Shown here in pieces: positions 55,071 to 64,000 of a DNA stretch of 64,000 bases (position 1 is its first letter; the number at the start of each line of letters is the position of its first letter). The stretch is from an uncultured Bacteroidales bacterium (GTDB lineage Bacteria > Bacteroidota > Bacteroidia > Bacteroidales > UBA932). A program made the translations under genes and the position numbers. The notes below the pieces were generated by a model, which was not told the DNA's origin, made no database searches, and saw only the letters and a program-made list of their open reading frames with translations. Location of the stretch: assembly GCA_900544815.1 (NCBI GenBank), contig UQWT01000003.1, forward strand, positions 157-64,156. Direction: 5' to 3'.

Positions 55071-56705
55071 TTATTCTGCATCTCTTACACAACGAAGTTG
55101 AGCACCGTTATTTACGCTGTTGTTTGCCAATGTAACCCTGCCCTCCGGATATTTGGCCATAGTGTATGTTGTCATAAGACCGAACATAGAGATACCTGTT
55201 AACTTACCATCTTTTTCTGTATGAGTTGCGTATGTAGATGTAAGATAATATGTCATTGCAGCCTGTCCAACTATGTTTGTAAGTGACGTGTTACCACTCC
55301 ATAACTGTGTATTCATATATTGACCTGCTGCAGCGAAATTAGTTTTACTTCTTGCTCCTGTTCTTACAAAGTTCCAACCTGCAGCATCAAAAGAGGCAAC
55401 CTTGCCACCATCATATACAGCATCATAGAATAGAGCATCCTCCTTCTTTACAGGGGCAGAATCATCCTTACCTTTATTAGAGTAGCCGCATAGAGCCAAA
55501 TAGTCTGCACGGGTTGGAATATGCCAACCTTTAGGGCAGATACCCTGTACGCCCTCAAAAGATTTCATATTATTTGCATTTACCTCCTTAACGTTTGCAG
55601 CAGCATAAAAGTCATACAGATAACCGTATTTCTCAACAGACGCATCATCTGTAAGAGCCTTAACATCATTTGCCTTTATTGCAGCAGGAGCTCCTTCATT
55701 AACGAATGTGTACGGATACCAGATATGAGACTCCTCTTTAGGATCTGCACTTACTGTATATCCTTTTGGAGCATATCTCATTGGCTGAGCCATCCAGATC
55801 TGACCGTTAGACAACTTCACAGTGTTGTATTTAACACCGTCATACATAAAGTAGTTCTCGTTCAAATGCTCCTCAAATGCCGGAGAATCATCACCGGGAA
55901 TATCGCCTTTATCGTCCCAATCCTCTATCTCACCACTCAATTTAATCTCAAGCCCGCTCTTGGTTACAAGTGCGTTGATATTATATCTTCCACCGGCAAC
56001 AATCTCTGTTGAAGCAAGTTTTTGAACTAATTCAAGGCCTGATTTAGTTGTTACCACCAACTCAATCGCAGCGGTCTGAGGAACTATGATTGCCTGATAT
56101 GCGCTGTTCGCTGTAACCTCCATTGCTGTGATATTAGATGCTGCAGCCGAGCCTACAGATACAGAAAGGTTTGTAAGGTCTACATTTGCTGTAGGGACAA
56201 GTCCTTTTAATACAACAGATGATATATCTGAACCTGATTCGTTCTTAATCTTGAACACTACCTTTGAAAGCAGATGCTTGAAAACCATTGTAACAGCATT
56301 TTCTGATGGCTTAATATTTTCTTGCACTGCACCCATAAGGTCTGACGCAGTAAAGCCATTTGCAAAGTTCTGGTCTGCCGCAACAGTAAATGTTGTTGGC
56401 ACCCCTGTAGAACTATATGGATAATACGCAACAAACTTAGATGCAGCTTCGCTGTCTGAATACCATACAACATCACCTGTAAATACGTTATTAGCAAAAG
56501 TCATCTCTGCATTTGTTACATAATTTTCGGTTCCTTTGATTATGGAGAGACCTACTTTGTCTCCATTTTCAAAGTTTACATCTGTAGCCTTAGTGATAAT
56601 AGGGTCTATAGATACCTTTTGATTAGAATAGTCCGGGGCATCATTGTTTTTTTCACAAGCTGCCAATGCGGCAAGCGCCACCATGGAAAGTAAAAATTTT
56701 TTCAT
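55071..56705 (-). CDS. lipoprotein with a fimbrillin-like N-terminal region and a C-terminal FISUMP (Fibrobacter succinogenes major paralogous) domain
   Basis: Lipobox LAALAACE. The N-terminal beta-rich region resembles the Bacteroidales fimbrillin family. The C-terminal GQIWMAQPMRY...YGYLYDF...ICPKGWHIPTRADYLAL matches the FISUMP motif. Confidence 0.6.
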   Translation of the reverse strand: MKKFLLSMVALAALAACEKNNDAPDYSNQKVSIDPIITKATDVNFENGDKVGLSIIKGTENYVTNAEMTFANNVFTGDVVWYSDSEAASKFVAYYPYSSTGVPTTFTVAADQNFANGFTASDLMGAVQENIKPSENAVTMVFKHLLSKVVFKIKNESGSDISSVVLKGLVPTANVDLTNLSVSVGSAAASNITAMEVTANSAYQAIIVPQTAAIELVVTTKSGLELVQKLASTEIVAGGRYNINALVTKSGLEIKLSGEIEDWDDKGDIPGDDSPAFEEHLNENYFMYDGVKYNTVKLSNGQIWMAQPMRYAPKGYTVSADPKEESHIWYPYTFVNEGAPAAIKANDVKALTDDASVEKYGYLYDFYAAANVKEVNANNMKSFEGVQGICPKGWHIPTRADYLALCGYSNKGKDDSAPVKKEDALFYDAVYDGGKVASFDAAGWNFVRTGARSKTNFAAAGQYMNTQLWSGNTSLTNIVGQAAMTYYLTSTYATHTEKDGKLTGISMFGLMTTYTMAKYPEGRVTLANNSVNNGAQLRCVRDAE

Positions 56706-56921
56706 TTGTGTATATGTTAATTGTGTTTTAAATTCTATATGATTTGTTGTTTTGAAGACAGTAAAAGGCAGACCGCTGCCCTTTACAGGCTTTTGCTACA
56801 AAGTTAAAATAAAAACCATTCTATTGTGTAATAAGATGGTAAATACCGCTTATTTGGTACGCAATGTTGTCAAATGAAAGAAAACGCAAATTGTCGGGAA
56901 GAAAAAAGCTCAAATATATAA

Positions 56922-57635
56922 CTACCTTATTACAAGCCTATAGCCTACGCTTCGTATGTTGAGTATGGAGACGTTTTTATCTTTCTGCAGTTTATGTCTG
57001 AGTTTTGTTATATAGACATTTAAGGAGCGACTGTTAAAATAGCTGTCATCGCCCCAGATCTGTGTAAGCATATCGGAGGTTGAGGCCGTCTCATTTATAT
57101 GCCTTGCAAGATATGCCAACACCTCACACTCCCTATACGGCAACTCTGTCTGTTCAAACTCGTTTGTACCGACAACACCATAGCCTAATATTCTTTCACT
57201 AACATCCAAAGTGTATTTTCCAATCTTTATTGTCTCCTGCAGCTCTCCTCTCTGTTTTTGCTCCCAACGTCCTGCCAATGAACGTATCCTTGCTATGAGT
57301 TCTGCAATGGCAAACGGTTTTTTTAGGTAATCGCTTCCGCCTAATTCAAATCCTTTTACAACATCGTTTGTGTCTGAACGTGCTGTAAGGAAAAGTACGG
57401 GGATCTTTATTCCATGTCTGTCCAACTCCTTCATAAAGGTGAACCCGTCCATTTTGGGCATCATTATATCGGATACAATCACATCTGCATCAAGTCCGTT
57501 CAAAATAGCATGCAATGCATCTTCGCCATTAAATTCAAGTGTAACTTCAAAGCCGTTTGAATCCAACGTCTCTTTTATTATCTCGGCTAATGTCTGCTCA
57601 TCCTCAACCAAAAGCACTTTAATTAGAGTATTCAT
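56922..57635 (-). CDS. OmpR-family response regulator
   Basis: LLVEDEQ, DVIVSDIMMPKMDG receiver motifs and a winged-helix C-terminus (IRSVGYRLV). Confidence 0.9.
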   Translation of the reverse strand: MNTLIKVLLVEDEQTLAEIIKETLDSNGFEVTLEFNGEDALHAILNGLDADVIVSDIMMPKMDGFTFMKELDRHGIKIPVLFLTARSDTNDVVKGFELGGSDYLKKPFAIAELIARIRSLAGRWEQKQRGELQETIKIGKYTLDVSERILGYGVVGTNEFEQTELPYRECEVLAYLARHINETASTSDMLTQIWGDDSYFNSRSLNVYITKLRHKLQKDKNVSILNIRSVGYRLVIR

Positions 57636-57647
57636 CGGGAAGAAAAT

Positions 57648-59246
57648 TTAAATTATTGGAATTTTGATTGTAAAGGTTGTCCCTTTTTTATAGCGGCTCT
57701 CCACATTTATGGTTCCGCCGTGCGCTGTAACAACCATCTTTACATAATAAAGGCCAAGGCCTACACCTTTTACATTGTAGAGGTCTCCATTGCTTTCGCG
57801 GTAATATTTGTCGAATATGTATTTTATTGACCCTTGGGACATTCCATTGCCGTTGTCTGCCACGACAATCTTTAGTTTTCCGTTGTCTATGCTACAGTTT
57901 ATTGCTATCTTTACGCTGCTGCCGGAGTATTTTACAGAGTTTTCCACCAAGTTGAGTAGCATGTTTTTCAGATGGAAACGATCTGCAGTGATGTTGCCGC
58001 AATTATCTGTGTTGACAGATATCTCTACAGTCTTGTCTGTATTTTCGCTGTGGCAGAGCATCTCATCCTTCACCTCCTCTACAAGTTCGGACAGGCTGAA
58101 TTGCTCTTTATTCAGCTGCATTCCACGCTCTTTCTCCTTTGTAAGTATTAGGATGCGCTCTATCATGGTTTCCAACGATTTAAGCTGCGTTGATATAACT
58201 GCAAGATACCGTTTTCTCTTCTGCGGGTCTTCGTCTGCATTGTAGTTAAGGAGGGCATCATTTGCTGCATACGCCACAGACACAGGGGTTTTGAGTTCGT
58301 GGGTTATATTGTGGGTAAAGTCGTCCTTCATCTCCTCCAATCTTTTCTGCCTTATGATGGTTCTTAGCAGATAGAGAAACATAAGGCCAATTACAACTAT
58401 AATGAGCACAGATGAGATTATTATTCCGGCAATATCTTTTATTGTATCGTTAAACGGATTCTCTATCTCTACTTTGTAGTAATAAGTCTCTTTGCTTGCA
58501 GTGGTTGCTAAAGCAGGCTCACCGTTTACAGTGGCTACTGCTAAGGTATCCGGCATTACTTTGCTGCGTATTATCTTTATGCCACTTTGTGCGGTATCTT
58601 TCTTTCCGTCAATCATAATCACCCTGGTATCTATACGATTAGATATTCTCTTATTGACAGACTGCCGTTTGTCTACTCTAACATAATCTGTATCAAATCT
58701 CAATAAATTGGATGATAATAATTTAGTTGAGTCCGGTACAAAATCTTTTGTGAACAGGACTTTGTTGTCCTCTTTATTGAGCAACGATGAGCGGAATGAG
58801 GCAAAAATCCCCTGTTCCCTTAACTTTGTCAAAAGGGTTTGATTGAATTTGTTAAAATTATTCTTGTCGGGAGTCTCCAAAAAGGTTACAGTAATATTTG
58901 TCTTTTTTGTTGAATTTGAGTTAGGGACACTTTTTTCAACGGAGATAATCATCCTGCCTTCATCGTCATTGTTAAAAACCTCTATAGATTTTATATTATC
59001 TGTGTCCTCGTTAAAGATTGTCTCTTGTATCTGTTTTCTTAAGGTTTCATCCTGCTTACCAAATCCTCTCTCCACATAGTTCTCGTATGCAGCATCTGTT
59101 ATGGCGGATTTTACTATGTAGTTAAAATCTGCCAACTTTGCGCTATACATCTCTTTAAGCCACAGGATCTGTACTGCAGACAAAAGTATCAAAACCACAA
59201 TTACTAATGCACTTATGTATTTGAATCTTTTCATGTTAGGGTTCAT
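57648..59246 (-). CDS. sensor histidine kinase
   Basis: Two TM segments flank a ~240-aa extracytoplasmic domain. H-box FTHNITHELKTPVS; N, G1 and G2 boxes (DNGNGM, GVGLGLYYV). Confidence 0.9.
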   Translation of the reverse strand: MNPNMKRFKYISALVIVVLILLSAVQILWLKEMYSAKLADFNYIVKSAITDAAYENYVERGFGKQDETLRKQIQETIFNEDTDNIKSIEVFNNDDEGRMIISVEKSVPNSNSTKKTNITVTFLETPDKNNFNKFNQTLLTKLREQGIFASFRSSLLNKEDNKVLFTKDFVPDSTKLLSSNLLRFDTDYVRVDKRQSVNKRISNRIDTRVIMIDGKKDTAQSGIKIIRSKVMPDTLAVATVNGEPALATTASKETYYYKVEIENPFNDTIKDIAGIIISSVLIIVVIGLMFLYLLRTIIRQKRLEEMKDDFTHNITHELKTPVSVAYAANDALLNYNADEDPQKRKRYLAVISTQLKSLETMIERILILTKEKERGMQLNKEQFSLSELVEEVKDEMLCHSENTDKTVEISVNTDNCGNITADRFHLKNMLLNLVENSVKYSGSSVKIAINCSIDNGKLKIVVADNGNGMSQGSIKYIFDKYYRESNGDLYNVKGVGLGLYYVKMVVTAHGGTINVESRYKKGTTFTIKIPII

Positions 59247-59258
59247 GACGCAAAGCTA

Positions 59259-61898
59259 CTAAAACTTATATTTAATACCTACCGTAATCTCCCTTCCCCT
59301 CAATCTGTAATTAGTTAAATAGAACGAAAGCGAACCTATTGAGGAGTTTGAAAAGCTCTTTTTATTAAAGATATTATTTACAGAGGCATTCAGCTCAATT
59401 TTTTTTGCCACCATATATTGCAGATAAAGGTTAGACAACACTATGTTCTTGTCTGTATTTGTTGCTGAGTTGTAGTAATGATCTGCAGAAAGGTCCAACG
59501 ACAGACGTCTTATAGGCGTAGCGGAAAAGGTCATACTCTGCTTTATATAATCTGCAGATGATTCTCCAACATAGGAGTCCGGCTGTTTCATCTTAAGGTT
59601 TGTATAGCTACAGCTATAATCCAATGAGCCCCACATGCTTATAGCGGCATTTATGCTCCCTGTTACGGTTGTGCTGTAAGATTTATAGTCAAACAGATTG
59701 TTGTTCTGAACCATCTTCCCGCTGTTTACGGCATAATTTGCAGTAAAGCCAACCTTACCGCCTATTGCCCTAACATCTTTTGAAATCTCCGCACTTGCAT
59801 TATAGCTTTCGCTCTTTGTATCCCCCTTTCTAAATCCTGTTGCAATTATCTTTCCGTCAAAGTCTCTTACACTTATAAGGCCGTTTGAATAATGGACATA
59901 TGAGGCAGAGAGGTTTACATAGAACAACGCAAGCGGGTCCCTATAAGAAAATCTTGCATCAACAAGACTGTTTTTGTTTGAGGCTTCTACCTTACTGCCC
60001 CTAATTACATTTCTATAATTTGTATAGATATATCCCTCAAAAGCATATTTGTCAGATACAGGACTCTCTCCAAAAGAGGCATTCAGCTGTAATTCTGTCT
60101 TTTGGCTTATATTCCACCTAAAATAATAAAGGAAAGGGGAGATATATGTATCGTCATACCATGTTTTGTAATACTTTACAGGTATCTTTACACTCATAAG
60201 CAAATCATCGCTCCTATATTGCACATACGGAGTGGCTGTTATTACGTACTTATTTAAATTACCATACTCTTTCATATTTCTCCACACCCCCTCTCCCGAA
60301 CCCGAAATAGCAAAATTCCATCTGCTTACAGCTATTTTATACTCAATCTCCTCGTATGTTGCAAAAGCGTTTATATTCAGTTTTTGGTAAAAAGGGGCCT
60401 CAACAGAACCATCCTTATCTATTACATTAACCACCCCGAGCCTTTCAATTGCAGACACATATTTATTTACGCTCTTAAAACTTAGCGATTTACCATGCTC
60501 AAACACACTTAGCAGATTAAAATTATTCTCCACATAATATTCAGAGTTTTGAGTATGCTGCATTGCAGAATATGAACCGGTAAAAACATCATTTTGACTG
60601 CTGTTTTCAAGATAAGCGCTTAGTCTGTTTTTCAAAAACCGTTTGCTTCCGTTTGCAGACAAAGTAATATCCCCTGTCAATTTATGAACACCTCCATTCA
60701 TCTCTATGTCATTATAGTTGTGAATAATACTGTCCTTAAGGTAATAATCGCTTATAGAACCCTTCCATGCCTTTTGCTTATCGTATGAATAACATAGATT
60801 ACTCTTTAACTCATAATCATTTTTAAATCTCCTAAGATTGTTCGTAGAAGCAAGAATACTCTTGTTAAAGGTTGTGTACATGCTCCCCAAATTTGGGATA
60901 GCCATACTCTCTTCACAGGTATAATTTGGCAGCTCATAACTGTAATTGTTAGAAGAAGATATACTCTCCAAGTCTAACTTGGATGCAGCCTCATCCCTTA
61001 ACACCACTCCTGTATTGTTTGTCTTGATATTGTTCATGCTCTGTACACCTTTACCTATGCTCATTGCAAAAACGCGCCCGTTCCACAATTCATAATTGCC
61101 ACTTAAACTAATATCTCCAAGCCATTTGGCCTTAGCCGTCTCCTTTAGTTTTATATTAAGAGCAGCCCTGTCACTAAACCTCACATCCTTTAAAGCCTTT
61201 ACAGGCTGATGGTTCTCCAATACCTCAACTTTGGCTATATCCTTTGGATTAAGGTTATTGGTGGCCAATCCATACCTTCCTCCAAGAAGATCAGCCCCCT
61301 CTATGTAGAATTTGTTTATAGGCTCTCCGTTGTACTTTACGTTACCACCGCCATCCACCTCAATACCAGGAATACGTTTAAGCACATCTGCTAATGCCCT
61401 GTCTGTAGATTTAGCAAAACTCTCTACATTAAAGACAATGGTATCGCCCCTCATCTGCACCTTTGGAGCCCTCACAACCACCTCCTTAAGTTTGAACGAC
61501 GCCTCTTTGAGCACAACATTCGCAACCTCCTTAACCCCCTGTTCATCAAGCACAATCCTCCTCTCCTCATACCCCATGTAAGAAAACACCAACGCTGCAC
61601 GACCCTCTGCCGCATTGATTTTTGCCACAATTTCCTGCTTAATTGAAAACGCTCCGTTTCTGTCTGTTGTAGCATAGCCCAACATCTCCTCTTTTTTTAT
61701 CTCTTTGCTTCCCGACAAAACATCTTTTTCCACTTTTACCACCTTTACTACAACACCAGCCAAAGGCTCTCCGCCGGAATCCTTTACAACCCCTTTCAGC
61801 TCCTTAACACTGCCAACCGAATAGCCAAAAACAGGCACAAGCAGAATTGCAACAGCAACAAGCAACACCACCGGTACAACAAAACACTCACATTTCAT
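59259..61898 (-). CDS. outer-membrane beta-barrel protein with a carboxypeptidase-regulatory-like domain and a plug-like segment (TonB-dependent-receptor-like)
   Basis: LKGVVKDSGGEPLAGVVVKVV, ALADVLKRIPGIEVDGGGNVKYNGEPINKFYIEG and the C-terminal ...ITVGIKYKF. Confidence 0.65.
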   Translation of the reverse strand: MKCECFVVPVVLLVAVAILLVPVFGYSVGSVKELKGVVKDSGGEPLAGVVVKVVKVEKDVLSGSKEIKKEEMLGYATTDRNGAFSIKQEIVAKINAAEGRAALVFSYMGYEERRIVLDEQGVKEVANVVLKEASFKLKEVVVRAPKVQMRGDTIVFNVESFAKSTDRALADVLKRIPGIEVDGGGNVKYNGEPINKFYIEGADLLGGRYGLATNNLNPKDIAKVEVLENHQPVKALKDVRFSDRAALNIKLKETAKAKWLGDISLSGNYELWNGRVFAMSIGKGVQSMNNIKTNNTGVVLRDEAASKLDLESISSSNNYSYELPNYTCEESMAIPNLGSMYTTFNKSILASTNNLRRFKNDYELKSNLCYSYDKQKAWKGSISDYYLKDSIIHNYNDIEMNGGVHKLTGDITLSANGSKRFLKNRLSAYLENSSQNDVFTGSYSAMQHTQNSEYYVENNFNLLSVFEHGKSLSFKSVNKYVSAIERLGVVNVIDKDGSVEAPFYQKLNINAFATYEEIEYKIAVSRWNFAISGSGEGVWRNMKEYGNLNKYVITATPYVQYRSDDLLMSVKIPVKYYKTWYDDTYISPFLYYFRWNISQKTELQLNASFGESPVSDKYAFEGYIYTNYRNVIRGSKVEASNKNSLVDARFSYRDPLALFYVNLSASYVHYSNGLISVRDFDGKIIATGFRKGDTKSESYNASAEISKDVRAIGGKVGFTANYAVNSGKMVQNNNLFDYKSYSTTVTGSINAAISMWGSLDYSCSYTNLKMKQPDSYVGESSADYIKQSMTFSATPIRRLSLDLSADHYYNSATNTDKNIVLSNLYLQYMVAKKIELNASVNNIFNKKSFSNSSIGSLSFYLTNYRLRGREITVGIKYKF

Positions 61899-61912
61899 AA
61901 AATTTCCTACTT

Positions 61913-62833
61913 TTATTCAATGATTTTCTCTATTGGATCATACCCACGGCTGCTACTAACCGAAGCATCATTCACATTCACGGTTATCTTAGACTTTCTA
62001 ATCTCGGCAGGAGTAAGTTCTCTGCCTGTACTTGCATCAAACACCTTGACCGTTGCACCTCCCGAAGCAGTGATATAGCCAACAGGATCCTCAATATAGC
62101 GCTTGTATGTTTTGATAAATTTTTCAAATGATGTCTTTACATACTTTTTATTTGTAAACTCTATAGGCTTTCTACACTCCTGAATACCGTCCAATTCCCA
62201 TGAATAGTGTCCCTGCCTATCCGCAACTTTTAATATCAGTCCCGGAAGCCCTCTGAATTTCCATGGCCCCGCATTCACCGGGACATCCGGAGCAAACCAT
62301 GCAATATAATCCCTACCTCTAAAACTGCAGGTTGCCATATTACATTCATATCCGGCAATATTCTTTACGGAATCCTGCACAACAATCCAATTGAAATCCG
62401 GAATCTTCTCTATGTAAGATATATTGTCTACACCCACTTTGGTTACCTCACAGAGGTTATCTCCCTGTGTGTACATATAAGATTGCGTACCGGTCTTGTA
62501 TTTGGAAATAGCCGCAACTTTGGCATTTACATCCATGTTAGATTTAGAGAGAGCCTTAAAGACAGAATCCCTTACCATCTCTAATTTACTTATATAACTT
62601 GTTGCATTACGGCCTATAAGCAGCAACATCTCGTCGTCAGTGACCTTGTCTTTGTCTAATGTATCTTTTAAATACCAATATTTATATGAACACTCCAAAA
62701 AGGCATTGTCCATTTGGCCTGTGGCAAACTCTTTGCTATTGTTGTTCTGTGCTCCCAAAACATTGCTTAAAGCAATGGCAGATAATTGCAATACAACTAT
62801 CCGCAGAATCTTTTTAAATGCAGTCATAATCAT
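61913..62833 (-). CDS. GLPGLI family protein
   Basis: Contains the eponymous motif FRGLPGLILKV; signal peptide; 306 aa. It is adjacent to the OM barrel gene, as is typical for this family. Confidence 0.8.
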   Translation of the reverse strand: MIMTAFKKILRIVVLQLSAIALSNVLGAQNNNSKEFATGQMDNAFLECSYKYWYLKDTLDKDKVTDDEMLLLIGRNATSYISKLEMVRDSVFKALSKSNMDVNAKVAAISKYKTGTQSYMYTQGDNLCEVTKVGVDNISYIEKIPDFNWIVVQDSVKNIAGYECNMATCSFRGRDYIAWFAPDVPVNAGPWKFRGLPGLILKVADRQGHYSWELDGIQECRKPIEFTNKKYVKTSFEKFIKTYKRYIEDPVGYITASGGATVKVFDASTGRELTPAEIRKSKITVNVNDASVSSSRGYDPIEKIIE

Positions 62834-63059
62834 TCTTTTAATTCAGTGTCCTATTTGATTGCTGCAAAGTAACCCACAAAAAGAGTGTCTATATATTATT
62901 TGGTGATTAAGAAGTGTTAATAAATGTTAACACTATAGAATTAAAATCTTTTTCAGTTTTCCATGCAAGATTTTAAGAAAAGAGGATTTAAGGATATAGG
63001 AATGTTGTTAGTTAGTCAATTATAATTTTAAAATTAATGTAAAATGAAAAAAACTATTT

Positions 63060-63082
63060 AGCTGTTAAAAGCCATAACAGCT
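63060..63082 (-). terminator. candidate intrinsic terminator of rsmA
   Basis: agctgtta-N7-taacagct overlaps the stop codon. On the minus strand it is followed by aaatagttttttt. Confidence 0.45.
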
Positions 63083-63870
63083 TATAGTAGCAAAAATAGA
63101 TTTGTAAGATATACAAACTCCTCTACCGAAAGCTGTTCCGGGCGTTTATCCAATATGGGATCCTGAATCTCTATACCTAATTTGGCTGCTATTGGTTTTA
63201 TTGAATTTCTTATGGTTTTCCTGCGTTGGTTAAAACAGGCTTTTATAATCTGCTTAAACAGTTGGGGATCACAACCCAATTCTTTATTATCGTTCCTAAC
63301 AAGCCTTATTACGCCGGATTTCACCTTAGGCGGAGGAAGAAAGACATGCTCCGGTACGGTAAAAAGATACTCCATATTGTACCACGCCTGCAAAAGCACA
63401 GATAGTATTCCGTATGATTTGTTCCCCGGAGGGCTTACCAAACGTTCAGCCACCTCTTTCTGAAGCATACATACAACCTGAGGTACTAAATTAGGATCTT
63501 CCAATATCTTAAAAAAAATCTGAGACGATATATTGTACGGGAAATTCCCTATTATGCTAAACGGTTCACCGGCAAAAGCATCCCGCAGATTCATCTGCAA
63601 AAAATCTCTTTGCACCAAAGACGACAACGAATACGGGTATGTTGCCTTTAGATATTCTATAGATTCCGTATCTATCTCCGCAAGCTCCAACCTTACCCTC
63701 TCATCCTCTATAAGATACTTTGTAAGTACCCCTGTCCCCGGCCCTATCTCCAATACATTGTTGGACAACCTTGTCTCATCATTTATCCTTAGTGCATCAA
63801 CAATCCCCTTTGCAATTCCTTCATCCTTAAGAAAATGCTGGCCCAATGCCTTCTTTGCCTTAACTATCAT
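63082..63870 (-). CDS. rsmA: 16S rRNA (adenine1518/1519-N6)-dimethyltransferase
   Basis: KKALGQHFLKDEGIAKGIVDAL, LEIGPGTGVLT and GNFPYNISS. ATG at 63870 is preferred over the TTG at 63915. Confidence 0.9.
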   Translation of the reverse strand: MIVKAKKALGQHFLKDEGIAKGIVDALRINDETRLSNNVLEIGPGTGVLTKYLIEDERVRLELAEIDTESIEYLKATYPYSLSSLVQRDFLQMNLRDAFAGEPFSIIGNFPYNISSQIFFKILEDPNLVPQVVCMLQKEVAERLVSPPGNKSYGILSVLLQAWYNMEYLFTVPEHVFLPPPKVKSGVIRLVRNDNKELGCDPQLFKQIIKACFNQRRKTIRNSIKPIAAKLGIEIQDPILDKRPEQLSVEEFVYLTNLFLLL

Positions 63871-64000
63871 AATATGTACCGTTCTCTTCCCGACAAAATT
63901 AGCACTTTTTGTCAACAGTACATAATGCAGGTTATTTGTCTTTTTGTAAATACAGTTATCAGAAAAAAATGGAGAAAAAAGAAATTATATAAAAAATAAC

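Noticed and set aside
1-64000. tRNA, rRNA, tmRNA, RNase P or SRP RNA genes
   Set aside because: I saw none of the T-loop GGTTCGAAT-type words, rRNA-like blocks, or characteristic tmRNA, RNase P or SRP motifs in any intergenic region. Most intergenic gaps are under 200 nt. A covariance-model scan would be needed to exclude small ncRNAs.

Overview
This window looks like a chromosomal segment of a Bacteroidota (Bacteroidales-like) genome. The evidence is lipoprotein-rich gene content (GLPGLI, FISUMP, S46, C10, GldH-like and PspC/PadR genes) and TAnnTTTG-type promoter boxes. I count about 55 protein genes. I found no rRNA, tRNA, CRISPR array, IS element, transposase or integrase. All calls come from hand reading of the ORF track and the DNA, with no database search.

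Most of the window is housekeeping:
- miaA, hemW, holB, the PSP1/RicT gene, trmB, trxA and kbl
- secG, lptE, kdsB and lepA
- a split transketolase and an ECF sigma module
- trmN6, a lolD-like ABC ATPase, an EF-G paralogue and rnhB
- glycerate kinase, an S46 peptidase, mrp/apbC, 5-FTHF cyclo-ligase and rsmA

The one clear accessory island lies at about 26.0-35.3 kb. It holds two large secreted YD/RHS-repeat genes. The second has an RHS core ending in DIDGRD, followed by an unassigned AT-rich C-terminal toxin domain of about 190 aa. Two small extracytoplasmic candidate immunity genes follow it.

Two DNA-level signals are not explained by the genes:
1. The exact 11-mer CTTCCCGACAA occurs 14 times, on both strands, in all reading frames, and in both coding and intergenic DNA.
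2. A family of mosaic low-complexity intergenic repeats (6-mer and 7-mer sub-repeats with TTAATTAAGG-type ends) is concentrated around the RHS island. Inverted copies bracket each RHS module, and a 34-nt direct repeat brackets most of the island.

Smaller oddities:
- a frameshifted C10 peptidase at the window start
- an M16 homologue that has lost both zinc-binding histidines
- a PspC-PadR-PspC unit next to a 16-bp-arm perfect palindrome
- a sensor-less sigma-54 activator
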